A DNA stretch of 64,000 nt from Octopus bimaculoides (GCF_001194135.2 NC_068991.1:79018854-79082853); one strand, 5' to 3'; shown: positions 13,174 through 27,219, numbered from the stretch's first letter. Made by a program: numbers and translations. Notes: generated by a model not told the origin, from the sequence alone.

Positions 13174-13791
13174 TAATAACTATGTTTACTTTGGACACCA
13201 TAAATTTGCTAAAAGAAAGCGAGTCGAAACCGGAGACTGTATATTCGGCTGCAAGAAATGCTGATATATTGCCTTCTCATAAATTACATAATCTGTTAAC
13301 CACTTTACATACTCTGCTAACATACCTTGCTAACTACTTTACTAAAATATTTGTTTCTAGTAATTCAGTTAAATCTAAACACTTTTAAACCTGTCTATGT
13401 CCAGACACAGAAGCCCATCAGCGTGAGATCGAATGCAGCGTATGTTATATGGAGTTTACAACAATTTTGGCCTTGTAGATTAAAGGAAAAAATATGAAGC
13501 AATGATAGTACTTGTGAACTTAATTAATTAAAGGTGCACCAAAGCGCTAAGAAGCCTTCAATAAAACATAGATGAGTCCAATCATATTTAACATACTCAT
13601 GTACATTCGAACATGGAAAGACATACGCTGCAATTATTGTCTTGATCAACGCTACTCTAGTATGATTCTAATTAATAAACTAATTAATTACCTCACGACA
13701 AAGCTTTGTGCGCATCAGCAAATGTAACATTTGCTCTTCTAATACAAGAAGAGCAACGAGTTCTTTGTGGCTGTAAAGGACGACTCGGTAT

Positions 13792-13838
13792 CTATTGCTG
13801 ACGAAGCGTAACGACTCAGAAATGCACACGTCCTATGG
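13792..13838 (+). ncRNA. Decayed hammerhead-like motif
   Basis: CUAUUG-CUGACGA-A-GCGU-aacg-ACUC-A-GAAA-UGCACAC-GUC-CUAUGG. The stem II region resembles the 48557 motif. Confidence 0.4.
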
Positions 13839-14839
13839 CTCGATGTCATCATTCAAAGTTTAATGATATGTTTTTGTCACACATTTTGACTATAAAGAAA
13901 ACTTATTCTTTTGGTGACAATTGTTGCCACTTATATCTTTCGGTGTCCGGATCTATAGGTACGATTACGTGTACCTATATTTATGAACTAATGTTTCTAT
14001 GTCAACTACACACTGGTAAAATGTGGCTGCCTTTACCATCTATCACTCGGAAGTAGCTGGGTAACTGAGGTGAGGATCGTAATATTTCTGTTCCAGGAGA
14101 TGAGGAGAATTATGTAGCTTATGCTGCTAATGCAGATTATGTTATTCCATTGTTGAATCAGACGTAACGTGCCATAGATTAGTAATTGAGAAAACAGCAT
14201 TTAAAAGGAATAGGCAAAATTTTGACTGGATAGTGTGAAAATTAAACGAACATATAAAATATTTTAATAACAACAATTATAAACGAGAGTCGTAATGCAT
14301 GCGTTAAAATAGCGACTCTCATGTCCGGTTTTCAATATTATGATACTAAGTTCTTATTTCATATCACAAAATAACAATGGAGGTGAGATTACTATCTTAA
14401 CTCTAAACAACAAGGTAATATCACCGAACAAGTTACTGAATATTGCTTCTTAACGTCATGGAAAAGAGCCAAGAAAATTTGACCTCTGCACATATTAAAC
14501 GTAGAAGCCAAATTTTAGTGTTGTGTGCTATAATTCTTACGCCGTAATATTGCTTTAATACACATTGGCACAGAACTGATCACCATTAAGAAAATAGTGG
14601 AAAACAATAAAATAGAAAAAATGGTATACACCTTACATGATCTTAGAGAAATAAAGAGAGCAGAAAATATTTCTAGTTCATTCTCTTGACAGACGGCAAC
14701 TAACGAAATTGTGCAGTAATCATAAATCTTAAACGAAACGAACCTGAATTGCTCCCGCCTCCAGCAATTCAGATATATGATCGTGGACTTTTGGATGAAT
14801 AAATGGTGTAAATGTAATTACAAATGGACACGCACACGT

Positions 14840-14885
<46 letters not shown>

Positions 14886-15314
14886 ACACACTTATATATA
14901 TATACGCACATACATGCACGCGTATATAAGTACAAACACGAAAAGACAAAGCATTAACAAGCACACATTGTTACAAATAAATTTATGAAAAACAAAACTC
15001 AGTCAATCATCAGACAAGAACACCGACCTTCCTCGAAGGCAAGCCAAGTCTTGCTTCTGTTGTGTACACATTATATATATATATAAGTGTGTGTGTGTGT
15101 GTATGTGTGTGTGTGTGTGTATACNNNNNNNNNNTATAAGTGTGTGTGTGTGTGTATGTGTGTGTGTGTGTGTATACTCATTCATACAGGTACACTCGCG
15201 TGCATGAACTTACACTCTGGGGTGACTGCATCATCAAATATTATAGCAAAATTACGTTGCATGGAATATCGTCGACGAAATTTGGGTACTACTGCTCTAT
15301 CAATCCAAGAAAAT

Positions 15315-15348
<34 letters not shown>

Positions 15349-15649
15349 NNNNNNNNNNNNNNNNNNNNNNNNNNNNNNNNNNNNNNNNNNNNNNNNNNNN
15401 NNNNNNNNNNNNNNNNNNNNNNNNNNNNNNNNNNNNNNNNNNNNNNNNNNNNNNNNNNNNNNNNNNNNNNNNNNNNNNNNNNNNNNNNNNNNNNNNNNNN
15501 GTTTCCATAAAAGACTTCAACAGAATAAATAAAAAACATTAAACAAAAACGATCGTGGGGTTGATTTTCTTGACTAGAACTGTCGAAGACTGTGCTGCCG
15601 CCTGGCTACGGCCCGGTGACTAAAACAAGAGATATCTGTGGCATGTTTC

Positions 15650-15921
15650 AGTCGACCCTGAAAGGATGAAAGGCAAAGTCGACCTCGGCGGAATTTGAAC
15701 TCAGAACGTAACGGCAGATGAAATACCGCTATGCATCTCGCCCGGCGTGCTAACCACTCGGCCAGCTCGCCGCCTTAAACAATATAATTTCCTACTCTTG
15801 GCACTAGGCCCGAAATTTTTGAGGAGGGGGTCAGTCGATTAGATCGACCCCAGTACGCAACTGGCAATTAATTTATCGACCCCGAAAGGATGAAAGGCAA
15901 TGTCTGCCAGGTCGCCGCCTT
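15650..15921 (-). mobile_element. Two adjacent SINE family A copies (15650-15776 with tRNA-like head; 15784-15921 internally deleted)
   Basis: Both share the head AAGGCGGCGA(G/C)CTGGC and the cccgaaaggatgaaaggcaa block. The first has the B-box GAGTTCAAATTCC. Confidence 0.85.
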
Positions 15922-16402
15922 TTTAGCTAACTTAATTCACTTCCAGTCACAATAATATTATTACACGAGTTTAAAATTTACCTCAAATATGCACTTTATA
16001 TTTCTCTTCACCTCTTCAACAAATATTTTAATCATGTAATTCCCCTCTCCATGTCTTTAATATTTTTCAATTTCTCTTCACCTCTCACTTCCACTAATTG
16101 CCCGAGCGACAGCATTATGCATCTGCTCTCCCCCCCTCTCTCTCTCATTCACATATTCCCTCACACTACCTCCTCCTCCTCTCCAACAAACTAAAGCGTA
16201 AAGTGTGAACGAACAAGTAGAAGAATAATATAGATTTAGTTGAATAAAAGAATTCTTTTCACCACCACCACCTTATTATACATCTTTCTATATTTCCCTC
16301 ACTTCTTTCTTCTCCACTCACACCCCACACTCCCACTCAGTCCCCCTCCACCTTTCTAACTATAACGGGCGAACGTGCAAGCAGGTTATTATGTCGATTT
16401 GA

Positions 16403-16490
16403 CTACTACTACTACTACCACTACTACTACTACTACTAATGCTGCTACCGCTGCTGCCGCTGCTGTCGCTGCTGCTGCTGTTGCTGCTGC
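16403..16490. repeat. Compound trinucleotide microsatellite (ACT)n-(GCT)n
   Basis: Directly visible. It is the source of the spurious poly-T/poly-A ORF. Confidence 0.9.
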
Positions 16491-17264
16491 AAATTTAGTT
16501 CATTCTGATATAAATCCCAGACGCATTGTTTATTTTTCAAATTTCTTTTATTTTTTTATTTATTTATTTGTATTGCATTGCAGAATTGTATGTGCAAGTG
16601 GCCCAGGGAGTGATAGAAAGAGGTAAAATATGATAAACAGCGAGATGGAGAAAAACACTGTTTGAACCTTAAATATTATCAAAAGAATATTATAGTCGCG
16701 TTAATGGTTTGTTAGTAATTAGAACTTTGATTGACTTCTTATCAACTATGACACTCGTGTTCAGATGAAATATCATTCTTAATTAGAAATAACTGATAAT
16801 TTTGCTAGGAAGAATTTTGATTCTCGATATCAAGCAATTAAGAAAATATCAATCTGCGAATTTCATGCGTGAGGTGCAAGTTTGTAAATTCAATTGAGTG
16901 GTTTTTCTTTTTTAAGAAATTTCCACGTAGTTTTTATTTATTTATATTTTTCGTTACCGATAATAATTCGATATTTGTTCCAATTATTTATTTTCCACTA
17001 GTTCCTGCCTTTGTTTCTGTTGGTTTTTTTGACGAAGACCGCAGTAAAATTAAAACTTAGAAACAAATTACAACCGATTGTAGTTATTACTTCTTTCTCT
17101 ACACTGGAAAGATAAAAGACAACGCTATGTAGTTATACAAATATAAAAAAGCAGTGTTTCTGCTCAACCACTTTGCATGTAAATTTCACGAACAAGCTGT
17201 TCCGTTGATCAAACCAGCTGAGATACTCGTTGTTCAACCGAATGTGTGCCCAGCCAAAAATTAG

Positions 17265-17800
17265 TAGCGTTCTGCTGAGTTGGTAGAATCAGTAGTCTGC
17301 TGGATATTTGCATGGCGACTTTCTCCTCCGTCTTTACAGTCTGAGTTCAAATTCCGTTGAGGTCAACTTTACCTTTAATCATTCCAGAATCGATAAAATA
17401 AGAACTAGTTGAGGACTGGGGTAATCAGAACCCGACCCATCAAAAGTTTAGGCTTTGTGCATTTAGTATGAAGCATTATCAAAGATAAATGTTTTGGCCA
17501 CTCATCAGCCTGTTTTCCTTTACTGAGAGGGAATACCAGCCTAATATTCAATTTCTAGCTCTATTCTCGACACATCGTCGTACATTTTTTTCTTATAATA
17601 TTTCGACAGAATCGTTAGAACATTTGAAAAATTCTTTGTAATATTTGTTCTATGGGTTCACATACATTCTGAGTTAAAGATTCACCGATGACACCGTTGC
17701 TTTTATACTTTCGGAGATGATAAAATAAAATACAAGATCAATGGCCGACTATATGCTTCCTCTCAAAAGTGTTGGTTTCGCGCTAAATCTAAATCATTAT
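17265..17800 (+). mobile_element. Two decayed SINE family A copies
   Basis: gagttggtagaatcagtag..ctgagttcaaattccgttgaggtcaactttacctttaatc..cgataaaata, and a second agaatcgttag..ctgagtt..tttcggagatgataaaata. Confidence 0.6.
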
Positions 17801-18912
17801 ATTTCTCTTAATGTTTTATATCGGTGTAAGACCATCCTTGTTCTTGTAGCACCCAATATGACACCCCAGTTATATGGATGTTTCGTATATTTTCTTAAGC
17901 GGGTTGAAGTATTTATCGGTAAATGTATAATAATGTTATACTTCAATTTATAAATGTTGTACCTGTTTTATCAGCTGAAGATAAGAAACATGTTATAACT
18001 CTATATGTTGTGATCTTCCGGAAAGAAATAAAAAAACACTCAAAGATTTTACTTTCCTTTGTGGACACCATAGTCATAAAAGTGAAAGTTGACCGAACGA
18101 ATTTCGCACGAACTTTCAATTTGCAAAGAAATTATTGTCTGATAGTAACACATATTAAAAATCATCTTAGGAACCTACTTTTCGTTTTTGTCTCTTCGGA
18201 GAGCATCTATCAGATAAAGGTTATTCATATAAATTAGAAACATGTTGTTATTAAGCAGCTTCATGTGGTTATCTATTTAATCAATAACTTATTCATTCGT
18301 ACAATCTATTAGTTATGGTGTTCAGTTATTTATTCATTCTACTGAGGAAATTCTGCGTCCCCTCCCTGTCTTTTTTCTCTTCCGTTTTTAATATCATCGA
18401 AGACAACTAGAAAATATCTCTAATGTTGTCAAAATATCGAACATATTAAAATAATCATAGCAACTGAAGCTTGCTCGTGTATTTCATATCACCTATAAAA
18501 TAGTTATCTGCTTAAGATGTGAACTGAAATGTTAAATTTTATACCATATCAATTTCTGCCTATGAGAGGCAATATCAAAGAAGTTATAATGTCGAGGTGT
18601 AAAACATATGAAAATATAAAAGGAAAAATTCATGTAAATGGAAATACAGCAAGACTTAGTCACGCTACCACTTTCAGAATATAGTTACAATGAGCTTCTT
18701 CATAAACAAAATTTCCTTTAGTGTGTTCGTGTTAGATAATATGGAAGAATAAATTTATAATAAATTATAAGGTAAATAATTTAATCTAGTATTCATTGCA
18801 AAGTAATAGTGTGATCACATTAACTAACACGAGAGAAAATAACTTGATACAAATACAGACATGATACTAATTCAATAAATTTTTCCACTCTCTCTCTACA
18901 CGTGTATGTGTG

Positions 18913-18953
<41 letters not shown>

Positions 18954-19619
18954 TATACATACATATACACACACACACACACACGTGTGTGTGTGTGTGC
19001 GTGTGCGTGTGTGTGTGTGTGTGTGTACCATGTTTATGACTATCAGTCTATCTCCTTCTGATCTACACTTCCAGCATATACGCTTCACTAAAAATATTTC
19101 ATTTTTCCAAAATCTCAAAACATCATTAAATCTTCTAGACATACTCAAGTTATCTTCTTTTATATTCAAAGGCTCCCACCCGATCTGAGCCGTTAGAGAC
19201 CACCTACTACTTGCACATAAAATATATAAGTTTGTCCTTTCCCAGATGTTTGGACTTCACTTTACCATCTATAACTGTCCATGCTGTCCATGCTACAATT
19301 TAAATTCAAAATTCACTCCAAAATATTGAGAAGTGCATTTTTAATTTCGAATATCTTGCACAAAATGCATCTCTGATGAGACTATCAGTAATCTTGTATA
19401 CTCTGAAGCAAAGTGTTATTTCCCAATTTCTTTCCCAGCTGAATGTATCCGACCAGTAATAAATCATAAAACATATCTCTTTCTCGGGGGTGAGGGTAGT
19501 GGTGGTTGAGGGAGATGGTATTTTCCTTCGTGCACCCCTAATCCTTAACATACACGAGTTGCTTGCCACCTTAAAACTGCCCTGAATCCATGAACAGTTA
19601 TTTTTAAATATAACTACAA

Positions 19620-20330
19620 CTAGAATGATGTTAATCTTATCTTTATCAACGAATAGGGCCACAACCAAATATCTAGGATGCAATATTTGAACATCTTAAA
19701 CATGAACATACAATCAAAATCCTTAATATCGCTACAAATGTCAAGAGTCACCGTTCCCTAGGGTCTTTCCTAGCAATAGCACATTCTCAACTTCGCAAAA
19801 ACTGCGTCGCAAAGTTTGGTCTCCCTCTTAAGACCATGAAAATATTTCAGCTTCTGCAAATTACAATTCCTATGCAAAGCTCAAGTGAGCCACAACGGGA
19901 TGTACTGCTACTATATCAAGCATGGTACTACATATGCAGACAGTCTAGACCAAAAAGACTCCCTTATATTATTTGGTATGAATTCGCTCGTTATCAAACT
20001 CAGACTCTTATTCTGCCTTTTTACTGATGTTATATTGGCCTCTACTTCTCGAAACTTGCATGTTTAGTGTCATTTCGTCCAAAATCACTTATACTGTGCC
20101 GCTTCTTTCACCTCAGCCTTAATCCCAATAACCCACCCTTCCTTATCAGTATGTCGGTCTTCCATTCCTAAATACGGTTTATTGTTTAGCACCAACCTTA
20201 CCCTGTTCTAGGGTAAAAGGCATTCTAGAAGAGATAATTCTTTCTTCATGTTTATTTAGCATTATAGCATCGAATGTATCCTTCATCCGTATATACATGG
20301 ACTGAATTTGAGGGACGTCAGATACTGTCG
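19620..20330 (-). mobile_element. Highly decayed CR1-like LINE RT/C-terminal fragment
   Basis: Hand translation across frames gives VILDE.TLNMQVS, NKSLSLI..EF...ESFW..LSAYVVPCL and KRETKL...ERP. These resemble the KAN..LG.IKR.F...LY..YVRP.LEY and QRRATK..Y.ERL motifs. Many stops. Confidence 0.4.
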
Positions 20331-20486
20331 AGCAATTACGTATTTGCCTCATTTTCTTCTCATGTTTTTTGTAACCAAATTGCAACTGAGGCGAACATCA
20401 ATTATTAGGATTTCTTTTGTCATGGAGTATTTGCAAAACCCATGGCTGCAACGCATTCCGCAAAGCTAAATCTAACTGCATATATG

Positions 20487-20860
20487 TTCTTTTATTCTTT
20501 TATTTGTTTCAGTTATTTCACTGCGGCCATGCTGGAGCACCGCTTTTAGTCGAACAAATCGACCCCAGGACTTATTCTTTGTAAGACTAGTAATTATTCT
20601 ATCAGTCTATTTTAACGAACCAGGGACGTAAACACATCAATATCTGTTGTCAAGCGATGGTGGTGGGAAGACAAACACAGACACAAACACATACATATAT
20701 ATGTATATATACAACGGGCTTCTTTCAGTTTCCGTCTACCAAATCCACTTAAAAGGCTTTGGTCTGTCTGGAGTTATAGTAGAAGACACTGGCCCAACGT
20801 GACACTCAGTGAGACTGAACCCGGAACCATGTGGTTGGTAAGCAAGCTACTTACCACGAC
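20487..20860 (-). mobile_element. SINE family B, full-length
   Basis: Colinear reverse complement of 62588-62940. Confidence 0.9.
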
Positions 20861-21782
20861 CCATGAAATTTAATCTCTCAATACTTGATTGGTACTTTAT
20901 TTTATAGAACTTGGAAGTAAGAAAGGCAAAGTTGATCATGATTTGATTAAAACTTAGACCGTATTAAACCGGAACAAAATACTGCAAGCCACTTTGTCCA
21001 AAGCTAATGCTTCCGCCAATCAACCGCTGTATTCAAGCAGTCAAAGATAGGCAGAGAAGCTCATTTTTATATTAGAAAGAGAATTTGAAATAGGGACACA
21101 GTAACAGAAAGCATGTCTCCTTAGGCTGTCTCCAAACTGTTATGCGCAGTCCAAATCTTTACAAAGATAAACAATCATCTCTTGAGACATTTGCAATTAT
21201 AATCCCCGTCTTTTGGAATAAGAAGCTTAAAGTGTTTCTCAGGTATTCTGTGGACTATTGCATTTCTAATATTGAAAGAAACAGAAGCAATCTTTGCAAA
21301 TGTCAAACAACTTAAAACGATGGCCGACAAGCAATCGCTCATATAGACAAGCCATTCCCCGCAAGCAATGAACTCTTCAATCATTGTGAAAACAAAGAAG
21401 TCATTCAGGATGACATGGACTTGTGTAATTGTTATTGATAAACCTAATTATTCATTCACAATTCTTTCTTTTGATTCTGTAATCATGAACAGTTTCAACG
21501 AATATATAGCATTCCATGGGTAGTTACTCATGTGGCCTAAAGCTAATATCAAAAACAATTTACGAAGTCCGATCTTAGTTTAACTAATAATATTTAATTA
21601 ATCATCGGTGAAGCGCTACACAATCACTCAATCTTCTAGATACTGCAGTCAAATCTCTCATAAGTCTCATTCTGCTGAAATACTTGTCAAAGCAGAAATA
21701 CCCCTGCACTGGGATGTGTCAGTATTATCACTGGCATGTGGCAGAAGACAGGCAAAAGTAGGTCTTATATCTTGCATATATG

Positions 21783-21823
<41 letters not shown>

Positions 21824-22021
21824 GCTATATACCTTGTCTATTATTATATTTATTCTATGGTGGTTTACTGGGGCTTTAGCTCCTATTTCTAGAAGGCAGG
21901 CGCCTTGTGTGCCCTTTTCCTAAATATAAATTCTAATTCTATAGCTATCTAACGCTATTTAATGCCTGCAACCACCTATTATTGTTATTATTATCAATTA
22001 TATATATATACGAATGGTTTT

Positions 22022-22099
22022 TAAGGTGCCACGCAGTGGGACTAAACCCGGAACTATGTGGTTGGTGAGAAAGCTACTTACCACACAACCACTCCTGCA

Positions 22100-22102
<3 letters not shown>
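22022..22102 (-). mobile_element. SINE family B head fragment
   Basis: aaggtgccacgcagtgggactaaacccggaactatgtggttggt..aagctacttaccacacaaccactcctgc. Confidence 0.8.
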
Positions 22103-22132
<30 letters not shown>

Positions 22133-22753
22133 NNNNNNNNNNNNNNNNNNNNNNNNNNNNNNNNNNNNNNNNNNNNNNNNNNNNNNNNNNNNNNNNNNNN
22201 NNNNNNNNNNNNNNNNNNNNNNNNNNNNNNNCTCAACAATTTCACCAGATCTATGTTTCTCTGTGTGTGTGTGTGTGTGCTTGTGTGTGTGTGTGTGCTT
22301 GTGTGTGTGTGCTTGTGTGTTTGTGTGTGTATGTGTGTGTACATGCCCATAATTGTAAGTAAATCTATTGCTAACACGTTTCAACATATTAGCAAGTGGA
22401 TATGCTTCCGATTGTCGATGACTATTGTAAATAAAAATGATCATCTTTGATTTGTCTTAAATACTTGGGCATTATCTCTCAATCAGAAGGCACGGTATTC
22501 CTGAAAAAATTGGTGTCTGCTACGTTACAATGGAATGTGTTGTCAGCACGTGTCAGTAAAGGAGGGGAAGTGTTTTTCAAGATAAGACCCAACAGCGAAA
22601 ATCATATTCTAAGCTTGCTGGAACGTGCTAAGAATGGTTACACACATTGATTTCATTTTCACCGTTCTGCGTGCTTATAATAACAACTTCATATATAAAT
22701 ATATGCATACATCCATATATGTATATATATTTATATATCTGTATGTATATATG

Positions 22754-22759
<6 letters not shown>

Positions 22760-22838
<79 letters not shown>

Positions 22839-22865
22839 GTATACATATGTATATATATATATGTG
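22760..22865. repeat. Long (TA)n microsatellite, representative of dozens of (TA)n, (CA)n and (GA)n tracts in the window
   Basis: Directly visible. Most N gaps are flanked by such tracts. Confidence 0.95.
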
Positions 22866-24107
22866 TGTGCGTGCGTGTGCATTTAGAAGTTTGGGAGCGT
22901 GTGGGCGCGTGTGTGAATGGTGCTGTCCATTGAAACCTGATTTTCTGCAGCAGACTGGCAACAACATTGTGAACGTGAAAATATTTCTAATTACAGTAAA
23001 TATAGAGTCTCTTAATTCACATTTGTTGCAAAATATTTTTCACATATTCATTATTAGGGAAACCTATAACATCAGTAAAGATCACTTTCTTTCCAGACGG
23101 CACAACGCCCTACTATCTTAGGCGTAGGTTATGGAGAGTGAATTAAATGAAATATATTCAACCATAAAGCTTAAAACGTTGCGCTTCACATTTTCAATTG
23201 CTATCGTTCTTTCCAAAGGACTAACAGTTGACCGAATTCAGAAGCCATATACATAACACAACTATATAGGATTCTGCATAATGAATCTATAGTTTTGATA
23301 AATGCTAGCACCGTCTCGTCTTTGTTCAACAATGATATTGCAGTGCACTGAAGATTGCTCTGCGTACACAACTGGAAACTAGCATTGACCATTGAATGGG
23401 AGGTGCAGCATGCATTATCTGTCTCTTCACCTCCTTATACATAAATGTATGTATGTATGTATGTATGTATGTATGTATGTCAGCATCCATTTAATGTAGA
23501 CTGTATTAAAATAAGGGTTACTAGTAGTTTCTTGCTATTACGAAACGTGGTTTGACAGGTTTTTATAACATGCCTTATATCTTCAAGCAATCTACGTCTC
23601 TGAGCACATGATTTGTTCAATTTGAAAATCAGGACACTGGTGCAAGAAAAACTACGAGATAGAACGAAAAGGTTGGTGGAAGAAGTGGAAAGAGAAGACA
23701 AAGATTGAATAAAAACGGAAGAAGAAAGGAAAGAATAGAAAGAAAATAAGACTTACATGCCTCTGATCACAGAAGTCATAATTAAACTAGTTACTGTAGT
23801 TTTTCAACGGAGAAGTGTTCAAAACCACGAGACAGCTGCTCAATCCAGAGAGGGCAGAGTCCTTCTGTTCTCCAAAAGAAATTTGTCCATATGCTTTCAT
23901 TTGCTGAAAATTTAGGTCCTCGAATTCAGTAACAATGTTTCAACTGCGCACAAATCGTATTTCAGAAAGCCATTCGCATGCGGCAAAGATCTCTACATGA
24001 TTCTCCAGTTTGTTGTATTTTGCGTGCAGTTGGTCTTCAAACCGTATGTGTGGCTAACCAGCTTAGCGGTTTACTTTTGTCGATGTGCCGGAAAGAAGAC
24101 TGCTATA

Positions 24108-24151
<44 letters not shown>

Positions 24152-24178
24152 NNNNNNNNNNNNNNNNNNNNNNNNNNN

Positions 24179-24220
<42 letters not shown>

Positions 24221-24547
24221 CTATGTGTGTGGGTGTGTCTGTGGGTGTTTATAAATATGTATATTTATCTATCCAGTCATCGACCTCGTTGAAGAAGTGA
24301 AAATAACAGAAGCCGATTATGACGTTGATCAAGTTTTCAATGCAACCCAAACAATAGGGATGAGATGAAGTTAAATGGCTGCCAAATGATGTCTGTTTAC
24401 AACAACAACAAAAAACAAAACAAAAAAGACAGTGCTACTCTATATATATTATTATGCAGGCAACAAATGTGGGACAGATACGAAACTGATTGACATCACA
24501 GAAGAAGCGTAATCGAAGAGGAAGATCGTATCATAAGCCATTAGCGT

Positions 24548-24736
24548 TTTTTACTCTAGGCACAAAGACTGAAATTTTGGGGTAGGGGGCCAGTTGATTA
24601 CATCGACCCTAGTACGCAACTGGTACTTAATTTATCGACCCCGAAAGGATGAAAGGCAAAGTCGACCTCGGCGGAATTTGAACTCAGGACATAAAGACAG
24701 ACGAAATACCGCTAAATATTTCGCCTGACGTGCTAA
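24548..24736 (-). mobile_element. SINE family A copy
   Basis: Reverse-complement match to the 61086 copy, including the B-box-like GAGTTCAAATTCC. Confidence 0.9.
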
Positions 24737-25814
24737 ATAAGCCATTTGTTTTATGAAGTCAATGAACGTAGGTTGCATACACAAGAACTGAGTGAAAGAA
24801 GCTACCACAGAGCCTTTTGTTCATAGGGAGCTAGCTAAGCTGCAATTCCTGTATGACGTTTCCATTCTAGACCAAAATTTAACGTTACTACTGAAGTGGC
24901 TGAGTGGCAACATCGGTTTGGGAATGTCGTATACTCTTAGTTAAGAATAAAAACTAAGAAATGATTTAAAAATCAGTCGCTATATCATTATTGACCAAAT
25001 AAAGCGAAGAGAAAAATATAAATAACAAAACGCCCCAGTATGGCCACAACGTATTCTTATTCGTGACATATAGTAAGGTCTCACAACAGAAATATTTTTA
25101 CTAATACTGCTTCCGTCGCAAATAATGAAATATTAGGCAACCTACCGGTCATTTGAGGGCTTGGAAATGTGTTAGTGACAGATTTTCTATACCTCTGGAG
25201 ATAATTTAAGTGTGTAGTTGCTTGGTAATACTTACTCCTGATAACGCGCAAAGATGCAGAAATCTACCGCTGTTGGTAGAGGCTACTTATTATCACAGAC
25301 ATGGCTTCAAGTTTTGTGACGTAAATCCACTAGAAGTAATATGTACAAAATGCTGAAATTCCTGTTTTAAATTACAAATTCACCTCTTGGTTTTGAATGT
25401 ATTTAGAACTCTTCTTTATATATATTCAACCAAAATAGAAATGTGTAGCATATCATTCTTTTACAGCAAGAGTTGTTTTCAATGGCTATGTATTATGTAC
25501 CTGGCTAACATGATCTGTGCTTCAATAAGATGCTAGATTATACAATTTTGATCTCTAACGTATGTTGTTTTCTCTCATTGATGATATACATCTTAACATT
25601 TCATATCATCTGATTCTACAACAAACATTTGGAATTTGAACTCGTTAATCGCGTCAACAATTGCTACAGAGAAAAAGCAAAATTCTGGTATCGAACGCAC
25701 AAAGTCTCAAGGGCTAGCAGTTGCAAACAGCGTCAAAAAATTACAACAAAAAATATATATCTATATACCAAACACACAAGCACACACACACACGCACAAA
25801 TGATATTTATAGTC

Positions 25815-25857
<43 letters not shown>

Positions 25858-27219
25858 NNNNNNNNNNNNNNNNNNNNNNNNNNNNNNNNNNNNNNNNNNN
25901 NNNNNNNNNNNNNNNNNNNNNNNNNNNNNNNNNNNNNNNNNNNNNNNNNNNNNNNNNNNNNNNNNNNNNNNNNNNNNNNNNNNNNNNNNNNNNNNNNNNN
26001 NNNNNNNNNNNNNNNNNNNNNNNNNNNNNNNNNNNNNNNNNNNNNNNNNNNNNNNNNNNNNNNNNNNNNNNNNNNNNNNNNNNNNNNNNNNNNNNNNNNN
26101 NNNNNNNNNNNNNNNNNNNNNNNNNNNNNNNNNNNNNNNNNNNNNNNNNNNNNNNNNNNNNNNNNNNNNNNNNNNNNNNNNNNNNNNNNNNNNNNNNNNN
26201 NNNNNNNNNNNNNNNNNNNNNNNNNNNNNNNNNNNNNNNNNNNNNNNNNNNNNNNNNNNNNNNNNNNNNNNNNNNNNNNNNNNNNNNNNNNNNNNNNNNN
26301 NNNNNNNNNNNNNNNNNNNNNNNNNNNNNNNNNNNNNNNNNNNNNTTTAGACATTAACAAATTTATTAGAATATTTAGCTGAAGATCAGAATAGAGTATT
26401 CTTTACTCTTAACTGTGAAACGATCGTACTAAATTAACTAAAGGCAAGTGTTTTCTTTTTACTCTTCTCTACTGTTTTTTGTTCTGTGTGTATCAAAAAT
26501 ATCGCTATCAATCTGGAGTAATAATTTGTAGTTTTGAAATCAGTAGTTCTTTGACTGCTATTTCTGAATTCTCAGTATGTTGGAGAAGCAGGTTACTGTC
26601 AATCCCTATATATTTATGATTATAAATGTTTTTTACCGAAAAGGTTTTTGCATACTGAGCTACCCGGCAAAATTGTTAATTATTAATTTTATTACTAATT
26701 GACGATTCCCTGCCCTGCATATCTATATATATTTATATATACATATATGAATGTTCAATTTATAAGAAAGATCCAGAGGAACAACTAGAAGATAGCCAGA
26801 TGTCACATAAGCGTCCTAGGAGTTAATAATGACACTTGCGTGGGAGGTAAGTCCGGGGAAAAGCGAGACGTGTTTTGGAAATCATAAGAATAATGGAAAA
26901 TGAAACCCTTTTATCTTTAAGAATATAGTTGTTATGCGAGGATATAATCTATAGGAGGTTATTGGTGTTGGAGAAGCCAATTCTGATATGGTGGGCGTTG
27001 ATTATATCCTCCTTGATGGGAATCATGCATTGTTCCACATTATTTATCTCAGATTTATTTTAATGCACTTATCGAAACATATGTCGGTGATATGGTGATA
27101 TAAATGATTTAAGTAACATCTTGAGCGTTTGTCTCTATTTTCCATTATTCTTATATATATGTAATATTATTATTCATTCAATGCACAAATGACAGTTATT
27201 AATATTTAAATAAACTTAC

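Noticed and set aside
15720-15776. tRNA genes at SINE heads (also 43335, 58911, 62590, 63260)
   Set aside because: They have A/B-box-like motifs but no complete cloverleaf, and each continues into a dispersed repeat body.
21175-21400. Possible LINE C-terminus (FGIRSLKCF..ILW) or the missing TM7 exon
   Set aside because: The similarity is too short to call, and no frame contains the mGluR TM7 LF.PK motif or a matching phase 0 acceptor.
22920-23400. Possible tyrosine-recombinase (Crypton-like) remnant
   Set aside because: Only a vague KSGFNG..HS resemblance, with multiple stops and no ordered catalytic residues.
27199-27219. Six-TM receptor ending QVSLFKY*
   Set aside because: The tail is intron sequence after a perfect CAG|GTAAGT donor at the conserved pre-TM7 position.
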